From Vitrella brassicaformis CCMP3155 (taxonomy: Eukaryota; Protista; Chromerida), in contig CDMY01000365.1 of NCBI GenBank assembly GCA_001179505.1, positions 1-64,000 of the forward strand: DNA of 64,000 nucleotides, written 5' to 3'. The notes under the pieces are model-generated. The model saw nothing but the letters and a program-made list of their open reading frames with translations, made no database searches and was not told the origin of the DNA. This document shows positions 26,343 through 37,947 of this stretch, piece by piece. The first letter of the stretch is position 1, and each line of letters begins with the position of its first letter. The position numbers and the translations under genes are program-made.

Positions 26343-26397
26343 GACAATGTTCTGGGGGGAAACGTCCAACACGAACGGACAATGTTCTGGGGGGAAA
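26343..26397. promoter_or_regulatory. Perfect 20-bp direct repeat in the divergent intergenic region between the GH3 gene and the next gene
   Basis: GACAATGTTCTGGGGGGAAA occurs at 26343-26362 and 26378-26397. The repeat is seen directly; a regulatory role is inferred. Confidence 0.45.
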
Positions 26398-26446
26398 TAA
26401 TGGGACAGGCCATTCTCCCTTTCCTGTTGTGGAGCGAAAGGAGGAA

Positions 26447-28144
26447 ATGACGTCCCTGGAGGCGCCCCCGCAGCCCTCCCCCGCCTCCTCCCCTGCCAGC
26501 CCAGCCCCTGGTCCACGTGAGGGCAAGATAGCGGATCTTGGCAGCTCGCACCGCTATGTCGACAGGTCGCAGGAGCCGCCACCGCCGCCCGCCAGCACCA
26601 TATTGCGGCGGCGTGCCGACTGCCTGTTTTGCTGCACCAACAACGAGAGTGTGCGTCTGCGTCGGCCGTTGAGTTTGCTGGAGGCGCCGGTGAGCCCGCC
26701 GTCGCCCCGTTCGCGGTCGGAGGGTTCAGGTGAGAGTCCTCCCCCCTGTGCGGCCTTTGAGGAGGAGATAGCCGACGACCCAGGTATCCCCAGCGAGTTG
26801 GCCGCCTGGCTAACGACCCATAACGGTGTGCCGCCCTCACCTATCAGCAGCCTTGACAGCGATGTGCCTGACACAACAAGTGACGCGCGCGAGGCCACGC
26901 CAATCACGCAACAGAAACCACAACAGCAGCTACCGCCACAGCCCAGGCGCGCTCCCGTCGACTATATCGTGCTCGAGGGGGAGCGGGACGAGGCCCACGA
27001 GATCATTGAGGTGTCGCCCAGGGAGAGGGCCGAGGAGGCATTCAACATACTCTGGAGCAGACAGCCCAGGCAAACGGCTTTCCTGGTCAGTTAGCACCAC
27101 ATCGCAGGCAGTGCAGCACGGGCGGGCAGATGGATGCCGTTGTGTGTCTGTGTGTGTGTGTGTGTGCCGGCAGCGTGAGGTCAAAGGCGAGGTATCCAGA
27201 ATGGATTCTAAGGTGGGCATGCGAACACACACAGTGATGTGATGTGCTGCGGTTGTCACTGTCTCTGTGTGTGTTGTGTGGTGTCCCTCGTCCACTCTTT
27301 CAGGGTCGGAAGTACCGCTCGACGTTGGACAATCCTCCAACCATCAAAGTAAGCACCACACGACACAGCACTCCCCATTGGTTGATGTGTGTGCTGTGTG
27401 TGTTGTGCATTGCAGGAAGAGACAGCGAGCGAGGCGGCCGGCACCCCCCAGCAGACCCCCTCCCGCTCACCCCCCGAGCCCCAGCGCACACCCCCCACCC
27501 GCTTCCTCCTGCCCGAGTCATGCAGCAGCCTGCTCAGTGTCTCGTCATGTTGCTTCTCGTCGACGGCACAGCCCCTCACCCCCCTCACCCCCCCAGCCGT
27601 TATCCTGCAGGACGAGGGGCCGGCGGACGAGCGACGCTCGGTGGCACTGGAGGGCAGCATCAACAGGCCGCGGCCGTCCATGAGCAGCGAATCATCCGGC
27701 TCGCAAGATCAGGCGGCCTCTGGGTCCCAGCTCATCGACCACATGGATGAGACGTCGTCAGCGTCTGCCGCGTCTGACACCGACACGCCGCCTGACCTGC
27801 GTGCGACGATGCGTGTGGCGCGTCAGTCTGATTTCCTGCAGGGCGTGACTGACTGGCTGACGACCATGGACGAGGGCGACACGACAGTGGAGGGCGGCAT
27901 GGCCAGCCACGAGTTCCGCTGGTCTCCCGCCATGGAGACGAGCCCCCCGTGGCTGCAGAAGGAGATGGACAGGGTCGTCATACGCAAAGATCCACACGTC
28001 AGCCCACGCCCGGTGGCCTTCCCCGAGTACCCCGAACCTGCCCCCGAGCCGGTGGTCATCTATACCCACAAGCGGCGGCGGGCCGCCACCGCATTCGGCA
28101 AGATGTTCGCTTGCGGCGGCAGCCACATGAGGGTCCTCGACTGA
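26447..28144 (+). CDS. Hypothetical low-complexity Ser/Pro-rich protein, multi-exon (alternative 3' end about 28266)
   Basis: ORFs 26429..27094 and 27389..28144 are joined through short exons (REVKGEVSRMDSK; GRKYRSTLDNPPTIK) bounded by GT/AG. No family recognised. Confidence 0.6.
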
Positions 28145-29623
28145 CTAACGGGGTGACAGACCCACCGATGGATGGACGGACGGACAGACAGGGGGCTTTC
28201 GTGTGTGTGTGTGTGTGCATTCAGTGGGGCGGACGGGATAGTATCGGGACATACGTGGGGTGGTGATGGCTTCGTTCGGGTGGCTGTGGTGCCTCAGTGA
28301 CCTTCGTGTGACATGACATGTGTGTCTTGCTTGATGCCAATGGTGCGTGTGTGGTTGTGGGTGTGGGTCACCCACCCACCCCCAGTGCGATGTGAGCGTT
28401 GTGTGTGCGATAGATGCCGGTTTCACTAGGTGCGTGGACGGACAGCTAGCTGCGTATAATCCACAAACACATACATACATACACCCATGGATGGATGGAT
28501 GGATGGATAGCGTACCTACCCGTACCTACCGAGTGCAATTCGGCCAATGTATATAGATAGATGATGGGTGCTGTCTGTGTACCGTGTTTGTTTGTCTGCT
28601 GTGTGGTTGTACAGACCAGCTAAGTAACCAAAGACCGACTCACTGACATCCAGGCGGGCGGGCGAGCTGGCTGGGTGGGTGCCGCCCCCCAAATGGTCGT
28701 TTATCTACTTAAATAAGTAGCAACGGAGGAGGGAAGGCACGAAGGCGTCTCGCCATAGATCGAACCGCATATATGTGTATGTGTATGTGTCGATTGATTG
28801 ATTGAGCCATGCATGGCCTGATGTGTGTAATGTACATATATTGCTTGCTAGCCGGAGAGAGACGCACGGGGTCGGCAAGGGGAGAGACCCGCCACAGCAC
28901 AGCACAGCACACCAACCACCCACCATGTGATGTGATGTGCTTTACATTGCATCCACACGCCAATGTCACTGACTGAACTCTCCCCGCCCGCCCACCCACC
29001 TGCGTGTAGTGTGTGAATGCATGCGTGTACGGGTCGGTCGGTTTTTGATTCGTACAACAAACTCCATGAGACACTCGCACACTCACCCACTCATCCAAGC
29101 CACCCAATGTCGTAGCGTGTAAGTAATGTCATGTCGATATACACACACACTTGCACACACAGACCTCTCTCTCTCGTCGGATCGTGTTTGTTTGTCTTTT
29201 TGCCGGGCTGGCGGGCCTCACACCACACACCAGGGCCCTGCAGGTCAGGTTCATGTTGCCGCCAGCTTCAGCGCTTCTTTCCATTGGCCTTTTTCTTTTC
29301 CTATGGCGGGGGAGAAAGGGAGGGAGACACACGTATGGATGCTGCTACTCACGTGTGCAGGTTGGGTTGCTCTTTGTTGGTAGCGAAGCGAACCCTCACC
29401 CACTGCTCACTGGGGGAAGGAGAGTGCACACATACATATACACAGATCGACCGAATGGCCCAGCTGAGGTGTGTACATGAATGCTTTGGATGATGTAGTT
29501 TTTTTGTCCACTTTGTTTGTGGTGAGGGGAGGGGATTGCACGCTGGCTGACTGGTGTGTGAGGTGTCGGGGTGGCCGTGAGTGGGTATGTATGTGTGTGT
29601 GTGTGTGTGTGTGGGGGGGGGGG

Positions 29624-29923
29624 NNNNNNNNNNNNNNNNNNNNNNNNNNNNNNNNNNNNNNNNNNNNNNNNNNNNNNNNNNNNNNNNNNNNNNNNNNNNN
29701 NNNNNNNNNNNNNNNNNNNNNNNNNNNNNNNNNNNNNNNNNNNNNNNNNNNNNNNNNNNNNNNNNNNNNNNNNNNNNNNNNNNNNNNNNNNNNNNNNNNN
29801 NNNNNNNNNNNNNNNNNNNNNNNNNNNNNNNNNNNNNNNNNNNNNNNNNNNNNNNNNNNNNNNNNNNNNNNNNNNNNNNNNNNNNNNNNNNNNNNNNNNN
29901 NNNNNNNNNNNNNNNNNNNNNNN
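29624..29923. other. Assembly gap (300 N)
   Basis: Run of 300 N flanked by poly-G on both sides. Confidence 1.
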
Positions 29924-30394
29924 GGGGGGGCTGATAGTGGCGGACGAGGAAGCATCCATACATACGTCACTTCCATCCATAGGCTCTTTGTTGCCATCCA
30001 TACACATGACTGTAGACGTGTACGTGTGGCTGTGTGGTTGTGTGGCTGTATGTCAGTGTGTGTCTCTGTGGATCCGTCCGTGTGTAAGGACAAGTATTTT
30101 CACACATATATGAAGCCAACGGTCACCCATCGTCATACACGCTTATCAAAGGACTCCTTCAACAAACAGTCGGTGGTATGACATTGTATAAGCTCCCTTA
30201 TCCTCCTCAAACGCCGACCAACGCTGCGAACCACCATTGGCCGCTGGAAATCATTGTTCTTTCATTCTTCTCCATCTCTGCATCAGCTGCCGATCAGCTA
30301 CAACCATCTTTATGGCTCAAACACCTTGCCGCCGATCCACTTTGCGAGCTTCGAAGAAAGGGGAAGAAAGAGGAAAGAGCAACTCGCGGCGGCG

Positions 30395-30750
30395 ATGATA
30401 GAGGTGATATTGAATGACCGTTTGGGCAAGAAGATCCGCATCAAGTGCAACCCCGACGACACCATCGGCGACCTCAAGAAACTCGTCGCTGCACAAACAG
30501 GCAAGCCAGCACGGCAGCGCTACACACCGCCACAAAACGAACACAGCCAGACGCAGACAGACACACCGACGCACCGCATCCCCCACATCCACGACTTGGT
30601 GTGTGTTTGTGTTTCGTGATTGTGCGTGTGTCAGGTACACGTTGGGACAAGATCCGCATTCAGAAGTGGTACACCATCTACAAGGACCACATCACACTCG
30701 AGGACTACGAAATACACGACGGAATGGGACTCGAGCTCTACTACAACTGA
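30395..30750 (+). CDS. UBL5: Ubiquitin-like protein 5 / Hub1, 73 aa, two exons (30395-30500, 30635-30750)
   Basis: [36 protein letters not shown] plus [37 protein letters not shown] gives exactly 73 aa with the Hub1 C-terminal YY motif. This requires a GC-AG intron. Confidence 0.98.
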
Positions 30751-30825
30751 CCGCCGCACTCACCAGCCGCAAAGCCAGCCAATCGTAACCGAGCACCACC
30801 ACGACAGGAGGGACGCTATTGATGC

Positions 30826-32208
30826 CGACGAGGAGGCCAGACAGACAGACAGACAGACAGACAGAGGAGGAGGAGGAGGCTCTGATGGGGCAGCACACAT
30901 GGGTGCAGGCCTGTGTGTGTGCACGGGAGAGAGGAGAAGAGGGCATAGCCCTAGCTGGATGGATGGATGGATGAGAGCGGGGGCTGCGTGAGGTGAGGCG
31001 CTGCTTTGTCGATGGGGTGTGGGCAGGCAGACGGCGATCGGTGGGCCGGGGGGACTGTCAGTCAGTTGATTGATGATCATCATGTCATGTCGGTCGTGTG
31101 TATACTTGACCTGCTGACTTTCTTCGCGGACGCTCGGTGAAATCGACGTGTTGACGGGATGGGTGTGCTGCAGTGCACTCACATGGGGTGGCATGAGGTT
31201 ATTTCGGTGTGTGGGTGCAATGTCATTACATACAGCTCGCTCAGCTGCCATGGGTAGTGTACACATTCACTTTGACAAACGTCCACCGGTCCGCCAGTCA
31301 GTCAGTCAGCCCACCGCTCCCTCACACACGTAGAAAAAGAGAGAGAGTCCTCGAAGGGGGCCGAGAAAAAAGACGACCGCCCCTTCTGTCCTCTCCAGAC
31401 TGTACAATCCACACACACATAGAAAGAGAGAGAGAGGAGGAGAGAGAGAGAGACGAAAAAGAGCCCATCCCCCCGTCTGTATATCTGTCTGTCTGTGTGA
31501 GTCGTGTGGTGAGTGCCGCACACAACACACAGCGTGTCCCCCCCCATCCTTATCACTGTTCCTTATCACTTCCCTCCGCTGCTCCTTATCACTCTCGCTA
31601 CTCCATCCATCCATCCTTATCACTTGTCTGTCCACCGCCCCTCCCTCCGTGGCTCCTTGTCTCTCTCGCTACTCCATCCATCCATCCTCATGATATCACT
31701 CTGCCTGTCTGTCCACGACTGGCTCGACAGGCACCGTGACGACACAGACGACTGGCTCCGAGGAGAGAGAGAGGGAGAAAAATAGACGAGACAGAGAGAG
31801 CAAGCCCTTTGTCGGCAGGACCAACCACACGCACACAGACAGAGAGGGAGAGACGATCTGTCCACCACCACCACCACCACCCCACCCCCTTCCTCCCCAT
31901 CCTTATCACTGTGTCCACCGCCGCGCTACTCCATCCATCCCTCCCTCCTTGTCATCTTTCTCTGTCTGACTGTCCACCGCTGACCCCCACCACACTCCTT
32001 CGACTGGCTAGGATATATCATTCTCTCTGCAACCGTCTGCTCGGCAACCAACCAACTCTACTGGTCTACGGCCCATCCACACCACCGACCCACTGACGGA
32101 CGCACACATCAGGCACTTGTGGACAGGCGGCTGAGCTGGATCTTCTTGATGTAGCTGATTGCGAGTGCCTCCCTCTCGGCAGCCAGGGCAGCGTAGTAGT
32201 AGTGCTCT
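30826..32208. repeat. Copy B of the inverted segmental duplication (partner 1-1990)
   Basis: Reverse complement of window 1-1990, but with only about 2 units of the minisatellite (about 31545-31700). It starts 76 nt after the UBL5 stop. The other end cannot be placed because copy A runs off the window. Confidence 0.93.
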
Positions 32209-33566
32209 GATGACTTCTCGGGGCGGCCTGCGGTCTTCTCGCCTTCCCAGAGAGCGTACGCCCCCAACAGCACCCTGCACAGACAGACAGGGGAGACACA
32301 CACAGAGACACAGACACACATGGATGTGGGGGTGCCTCGTGTGTGTGTAGGCCAAAGAAAGACTGACTGCAGCCCACTTACATCGAGTCGAAGCGCTCGC
32401 GGCTGAGGCCCGCCTCGATGATGAGGCGGTCCTCCTCCGCAGGGACGCTCCGCTCGTAGTGCTGCTGGGGCGACTCGTGACGGCCCTCCGGCGACAGGGA
32501 ACGCTCAAACGCAGCCTTCTTGACGCTGCATGACAAGGCAGACAGACAGACAGACAGGGGAGACACACACACATGCATAGAAGGTGTCTTTGATGGTGTC
32601 TCAGTGAGGTGTGCGTGTTGGCTTACTAGGCGTTGAAGGCGTCCTTGGGAGACGGGAAGCACTGGTCGGGGTGGTGCTTGTAGCCGGAGGGGGCTGACTC
32701 TGTCTCCCACACGTCGCCCTCACTATCCTCACTGCTATCCTCACTCTCCCAACCCTCCGACACTTCGCTGTCGCTCTCCTCACTCTCCCAACCCTCCGAC
32801 ACGTCGCTGTCGCTTTCCCCACTGCTAAACTCACTCTCCTCACTCTCTGACACTTCGCTGTCACTCTCCTGACTCTCCCAACCCTCCGACATGTCGCTGT
32901 CACTATCCTCGCTCTCCCCTCCCCCCTCCCCTCTGTGCTCACCAACCCTGACTACGGCCTCCCGACCCTCGTCACGGCCCTCGTTGGCAGGCTGGCTGTC
33001 CTGCACGGTGGGCGCGACGGTTCCGGCGGTGGCACTGCTGCCCTCGCTCGCTGTGGCAGGCGGGCGGTTGTTGGGGGGGTGGGAGTTGTGTGTGGGTGGG
33101 TTGTTGGCCTCCTCCGCCGGGGCTGTCGGGTGGGGGTTGGGCTGGTTGGGCTGCTGGTTGGGGCTGTCGGGTGTGTTGGCGGCCTGTGTGGCTAACGTCG
33201 CGTCTCGCCTGACCTGGCTACCCCTCACAAAGGCCTCAAGGAAAGGCGAAGTGAGGGTGGTCATGACCTGAGTCGTGCCGTGGGTGTTGAGGTTGGTGCC
33301 GTCGGTGTTGGCGTTGGTGCCGTCGGCCGACGTGCTATCATTCTCTGCATCCATCCATCAATCAGGCCACACACACCATATCAACACAACACCAAGGCAT
33401 ATGACCCGTGACCAACTGAGACAGCAAGTAGTGTGTGGCTGGCTGACTTACCGTAGTCCAGTCCGAAGAGGGTGTGGGCGGCAAAGTCCGTGTGCGTTGG
33501 TATCAGACGCGTGATGCCGTTGCCGACCCTGTCGGCCAGGTCGAGCATCGGGGCTATGGACTGCAT
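32109..33566 (-). CDS. Hypothetical protein of a multicopy family, 4 exons, with an acidic Ser/Glu repeat
   Basis: Phase-consistent junctions give MQSIAPML..FGLDY|ENDSTSAD..KDAFNA|YVKKAAFER..RFDSM|VLLGAY..LSTSA*. Donors are GTAAGT and GTAAGC. Confidence 0.7.
32742..32909. repeat. Coding 39-bp tandem repeat encoding EESDSEVSEGWES-like 13-mers
   Basis: Unit CACTCTCCCAACCCTCCGACACTTCGCTGTCGCTCTCCT (+ strand) occurs at about 32742, 32781 and 32871, with a degenerate copy between. Confidence 0.85.
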
Positions 33567-34386
33567 TGTGGCCAACCAGCTGACGATTTATCAATCTCGC
33601 GTGTCAGCGGTGGCCTCTCCTCCTTGGTCGTCTCCTTGGCGTCAGTCACTCGCTGCACTGCCGACTTATCTCTTGGCGGCGGGCAGGCAGGCTGTTGCGT
33701 TGCGAAATGGTGCTCACAGACGTGTTGGTATCGTGTGCACGGCTGTGTGGGCTGGACGGCGGTGGACAGAGAGCGTTCTTGGCGGCTGTGGCGAGGGCGG
33801 GGGAAAAGCGAAAGCGCACAGCTTCTTTTTTGCCGTCTCCGTCTCAAATTCTCGCCAAAATGGAAATTTACTTCCTGGCAAGCAATGCTGCTGCCCGTCA
33901 TGGCAGCTCTTGTCTGAGGTAGCTTCCATCTGAGCCGACATGCGCACAGCCTCCGGCACACTGGCGGCCCATTCACTATCAGTGAAGAAAACCCAGGCAC
34001 CACACATTGCGAAGAAGGGAGACAGAGAAGAGGGGGACGGAAATAGAGAGGAGATGCCCATCTGAACCGACAAAGGTGGAGATCTGCCCACTTAACTGCA
34101 ATCATGCTTCACTCACTCTGCTGATCTCTTTCTCTTGCAGCCAGCGGTACACATCTGCAAAAGGACCGGCCATCCATCGAATGCACAGGGCACCACGCAC
34201 AGCTGCACTGCACGTGTATCGATCGAGGGACGCGGGCAGGCAGGCAGGCAGGCACATTGAACACCCCCATCGTTCATTCATTCATGTCCGTGCCAGAGTC
34301 AACGAATGGTACCCCCACAGCAGTAGGCACCCTCTCGTCCGTGTGTGGACGGATGCATGGATGGATGGATGGATGGCGCCCGTCGA

Positions 34387-36429
34387 TCACTTTTTGTTTC
34401 TGTGCCGCTTCTGCCACCGGTTGGAGTTGGGATTGCCGCGACCGAAACCCACCTACTCACATACACACACACACACACACGTGCACAGATAGCCGCCCCG
34501 CTTGTGCCACATGTGGCTCCCTGTTTGTCTCCCATGCGTCCCTCCCTCCCTACCTGCACCGTGGGTCCACCCGACACGGCCAGCTTGCCCGAAGGCAGTG
34601 TGGTCCGCTTCCACCAACCTCGCTGCTCGTATGCGATGTCCTGACAACCATATCAACACGGCGTGAGAGACAGGGTGGTTGTTGGCTGTGCGCGCACGCG
34701 CACCTCATTGAAAGGGTTTCTTGCCGCCTTTTCCTTCTGCTGTATCTTCATCTGTCGCCGCATGAGCCGGTCGCGGCCGCCGATCATCATCTCGTCCTCG
34801 GCAAATATTATCGTGTGCTGCGTGATACAATGAACAGAGAATACAACGGATACACATGTACATGTGGCTCTCTCCCTCCCTCCGTGTCTCCCCCTCTCTC
34901 GGGCTCAGATGACCCACCTGCTGCCTGCCCCCTTTTGGTTTGGGTATGTCGAATATGGTGCCCTTAAGGTTGTTGCGCTTCCGGTTGTCGTGGATCGACA
35001 CCTCGCCCTCATCGTTGACTGTGATGGGCACCTGCAGGCATGGCCATCCCATACACCCACAACACAAAGACACACCAACGCCAGTCGTCCTTTCGTCATT
35101 TGTTGTGTCCTTAGCTCTGTCTGTCTGCCGTCGCTTACCCGCTGCACCGTGTTGTTGCCGCACTTGGGACAGAACCGGCGATTCGTGTCCCGTGTGAACT
35201 CATAACATGCCCTGGGAGTTGGCGACACACGCAAGACACACGACATAGCCATGGCAGTGACACGCATCGCATCGCATCCAATGTGCGCATGCCATGCATC
35301 CCTCCCCCAGTTGCTGACCTGCAAATGAGTCCCCAGAGCTTGACGTTTCTGACGACATAGCCGTCGATGGTGAGGATGTGCAGCCCCATCTGCAGCAACA
35401 CGTTCTGCATCGAGTAGTCGGTCGTCACGCACGCCACGCGCACAGCTGAATCCGGCTTGACGGCCATGCCAAACCTGTTCAAACAGAACAAACAGAGCAA
35501 AAGACAGCTCGGGTGGTGTGGAGAGACCCTTGTGTGGTCTCTGTCTGTCTGTCTGTCTGTCTTGTCTGCTTACCGGTGGATGTTGTCAGATGTGACCCAC
35601 TCCCCCTCCTCGTCGTTGTCGTCGTCAGTGTCCCCCTCCTCGCACTCATCGCCGGCCGCTTCCTCTGTCGGAAGGTCGTCGGCTTCGTCATGCTCTCCGC
35701 CCTCACCATAGCACGCGGCATCGTCATCACGATCACCATCTCCCTCTGCCGCCGCATGCCCATCTTGTATGTGTCCGCTCTCTGCGTCCATCCCGTCCGT
35801 CGGCTCGATGCTGTTCACCTGTTGCTCGGCCGGAGCTCTCGGCTCACTGTCCAGCTCTTTGCCTGCCCCATCCACCACTCGTGAGGAGCTGTCGGCTTGT
35901 CCAGTGTCGGCTGGCTTCGGCGGGTTCCAGTGAAAGGCCGCCTGGCGGCTGTCGAAGGTCAGTGGCTTGGGTTTGCTGCGGAGCAATGAGATGTCGCCGG
36001 TTTCCCGCTGCAGCATGAGGGTCAGAGCGATCACCTGGATGTCCGTCGACGACAGATATGGAAAGTCGCCTGCACACACACACACACAGACCACGGTCAC
36101 AACCAACACGAGAAGGAAGAGCACTCAATTCTCCATCCGTCCATCCGTCCGTGCGCGCCCTGTCCGTCCCTTGTCTGTCTGTGTGCTGCGTGCAGCCCAC
36201 CTGTGAGCGATGCGAAGTATCTGACGAACTTGACGTCGGCTTCAGTGGGTTGTCGGGTGACGATGGGCTCCGTCATGGTGTCGAGGTGCATCCTCGCCTG
36301 CGGGTCCTTGACCTCATTCATCACTGCTGCCGTGGTGTAGAGCTGTCCTCCTGCCTTCTCCACTCGCTTCAGCCGGATCAAGGCGCCTGTGTCCAGAACC
36401 ACTTGGCGGGTCACTGGCGGAGATGCCAT
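34387..36429 (-). CDS. NOB1: NOB1, 20S pre-rRNA D-site endonuclease (PIN domain plus Zn ribbon)
   Basis: VVLDTGALI, EVKD, DFPYLSSTDIQVIAL, VACVTTDYSMQNVLLQMGL, CR|ACY..FCPKCGN, KGTIFDIPKPKGG, IIFAED and the last exon VGFGRGNPNSNRWQKRHRNKK* (TGA 34387-34389). Confidence 0.96.
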
Positions 36430-36663
36430 TGCGCTGGCACCTGGATCTACGGATTCTTTCTTTCCCTTTTCCCTTCTTCGTCTGCGAGCTTAGCTGCGAG
36501 CTTGAAGTGGCGCGCGAAACCTTGGGGAGGACGGTTGTGCTGCCAGATCTGATCTCCTGCGCGCCAGCGTGTTTTGTCGAGCACTCTTCTTGATGATGAG
36601 GTCTGCCTTGCTAGTGCTGCTGGTGGTGTTTATCGGGATCTGGGTGCACCCATCCGCAGCACA

Positions 36664-37947
36664 ATGACGAAAGCAGCTGCGCATTCCGAAGGTGAGAAAG
36701 GCGACTGAGCTCAGCAAGCAGCTGATGTGCAGACATTCATAATCTGTCGTGTCCCTTCCGTGTGAGTGCAGCCGACGGGTAGAGACGACCGTCTAGGTCT
36801 TCTCCTCGGAGCGGCTGAGGACTGCGCAGCGCACATCCGCCGCCACCCCCTCAGGTCACTCGCTATCGCATCCGCCATTGGGGGCGGCATCTACCTCGCC
36901 AAAACCACACCCGTGACTGGCCTGCTGCTCTCGTCGGAGCATCACTACAGCCTCCTGCCGCCCTCTGGCAGATACATAGAGTCCTTCTTGACCAAGGAAG
37001 CCAGCAGCAACCGGAGGAAGGGCCGGCTTCCATCCCGCTCGGCCATGTCAGAGACGACCACCATCGAGATGGGCGAGGGGGAGGACATGTACCGCCGTGC
37101 CACCAGCCTGCTGGAGCGCGGCAACATTCAGCTGTCCCTTTCTGGCATGCGGGGGCAGTTGATCCTGCACAGGGCGGCCAGCAGCAGCAACCACTTGGTG
37201 CTGGCTGTGCTGCGACGGAAGGGTTTGGTGTGGCACCTGGACTCATTTATCGAGGGGGGTCGTGTCAAGGACAAGGCGGTCAGGGGCGGCAAGATGACAG
37301 GGGTGGGGTTTGTGAGCAACGACGGGGGGGCGGAGCTCGTGGTCAGGGTCAAGTTGATGGGCGACGGGACGGCCGGGGCGACCGGCGGCATTCCCAACGT
37401 CAATGTGACCTACGGTGGGGCGACAAACGTGGCCAGAGAGGGCACAGTGGTGCTCGAGGTGGTCGGCAGGAGCTCAGTCAAAAGGTCAGAGTGCCAGCAG
37501 AGGAGGGAGGCACACATAGAAATGCGCATGTAGGTGTGTATCCATCTGATGCGTGGTGCGGTGCCTGTGTGTGTCTGTGCAGTCGCGTGTCAGCAGATTT
37601 GGTGGAGGAGGTGGCCGTCACATTGGCCAGCAAGGTTGCTTCGGACGTCAAAATGCAGAAGACCCGCCAGATGCAGCTGTCCAAACAGCAGGAGGCTCTC
37701 GCACGGCTACAGAATGAGCGTGAGAAGCAACAGCAACTCACGTAAGGGCACTCACAGCTCACACCCATCCCATCCCCAACACATACAGACATCCACACCA
37801 CGCTTGCTTCATGTGTGCGTGTTCAGTGCGGCTGAGCGCCAAGAGATCCGGCGGCGTGCCCGTCTGAGTCGCTCGTCTGTCCGGTCATCGGCCACGGCGA
37901 GTGGCGGCGGTACGAGGCGCGGTCCGTCGAGTGTGGTGAAGCAGTGA
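36664..37947 (+). CDS. Hypothetical protein with one N-terminal hydrophobic segment and a C-terminal coiled coil, multi-exon
   Basis: Exon MTKAAAHSE (donor GTGAGA) joins in phase to GLLLGAAEDC..LAIASAIGGGIYLAK. Later exons include DLVEEVAVTLASKVASDVKMQKTRQMQLSKQQEALARLQNEREKQQQ and AERQEIRRRAR. Confidence 0.55.

Noticed and set aside
28705-28720. Small hairpin CTACTTA-AA-TAAGTAG
   Set aside because: A 7-bp stem is expected by chance, and there is no supporting RNA gene context.
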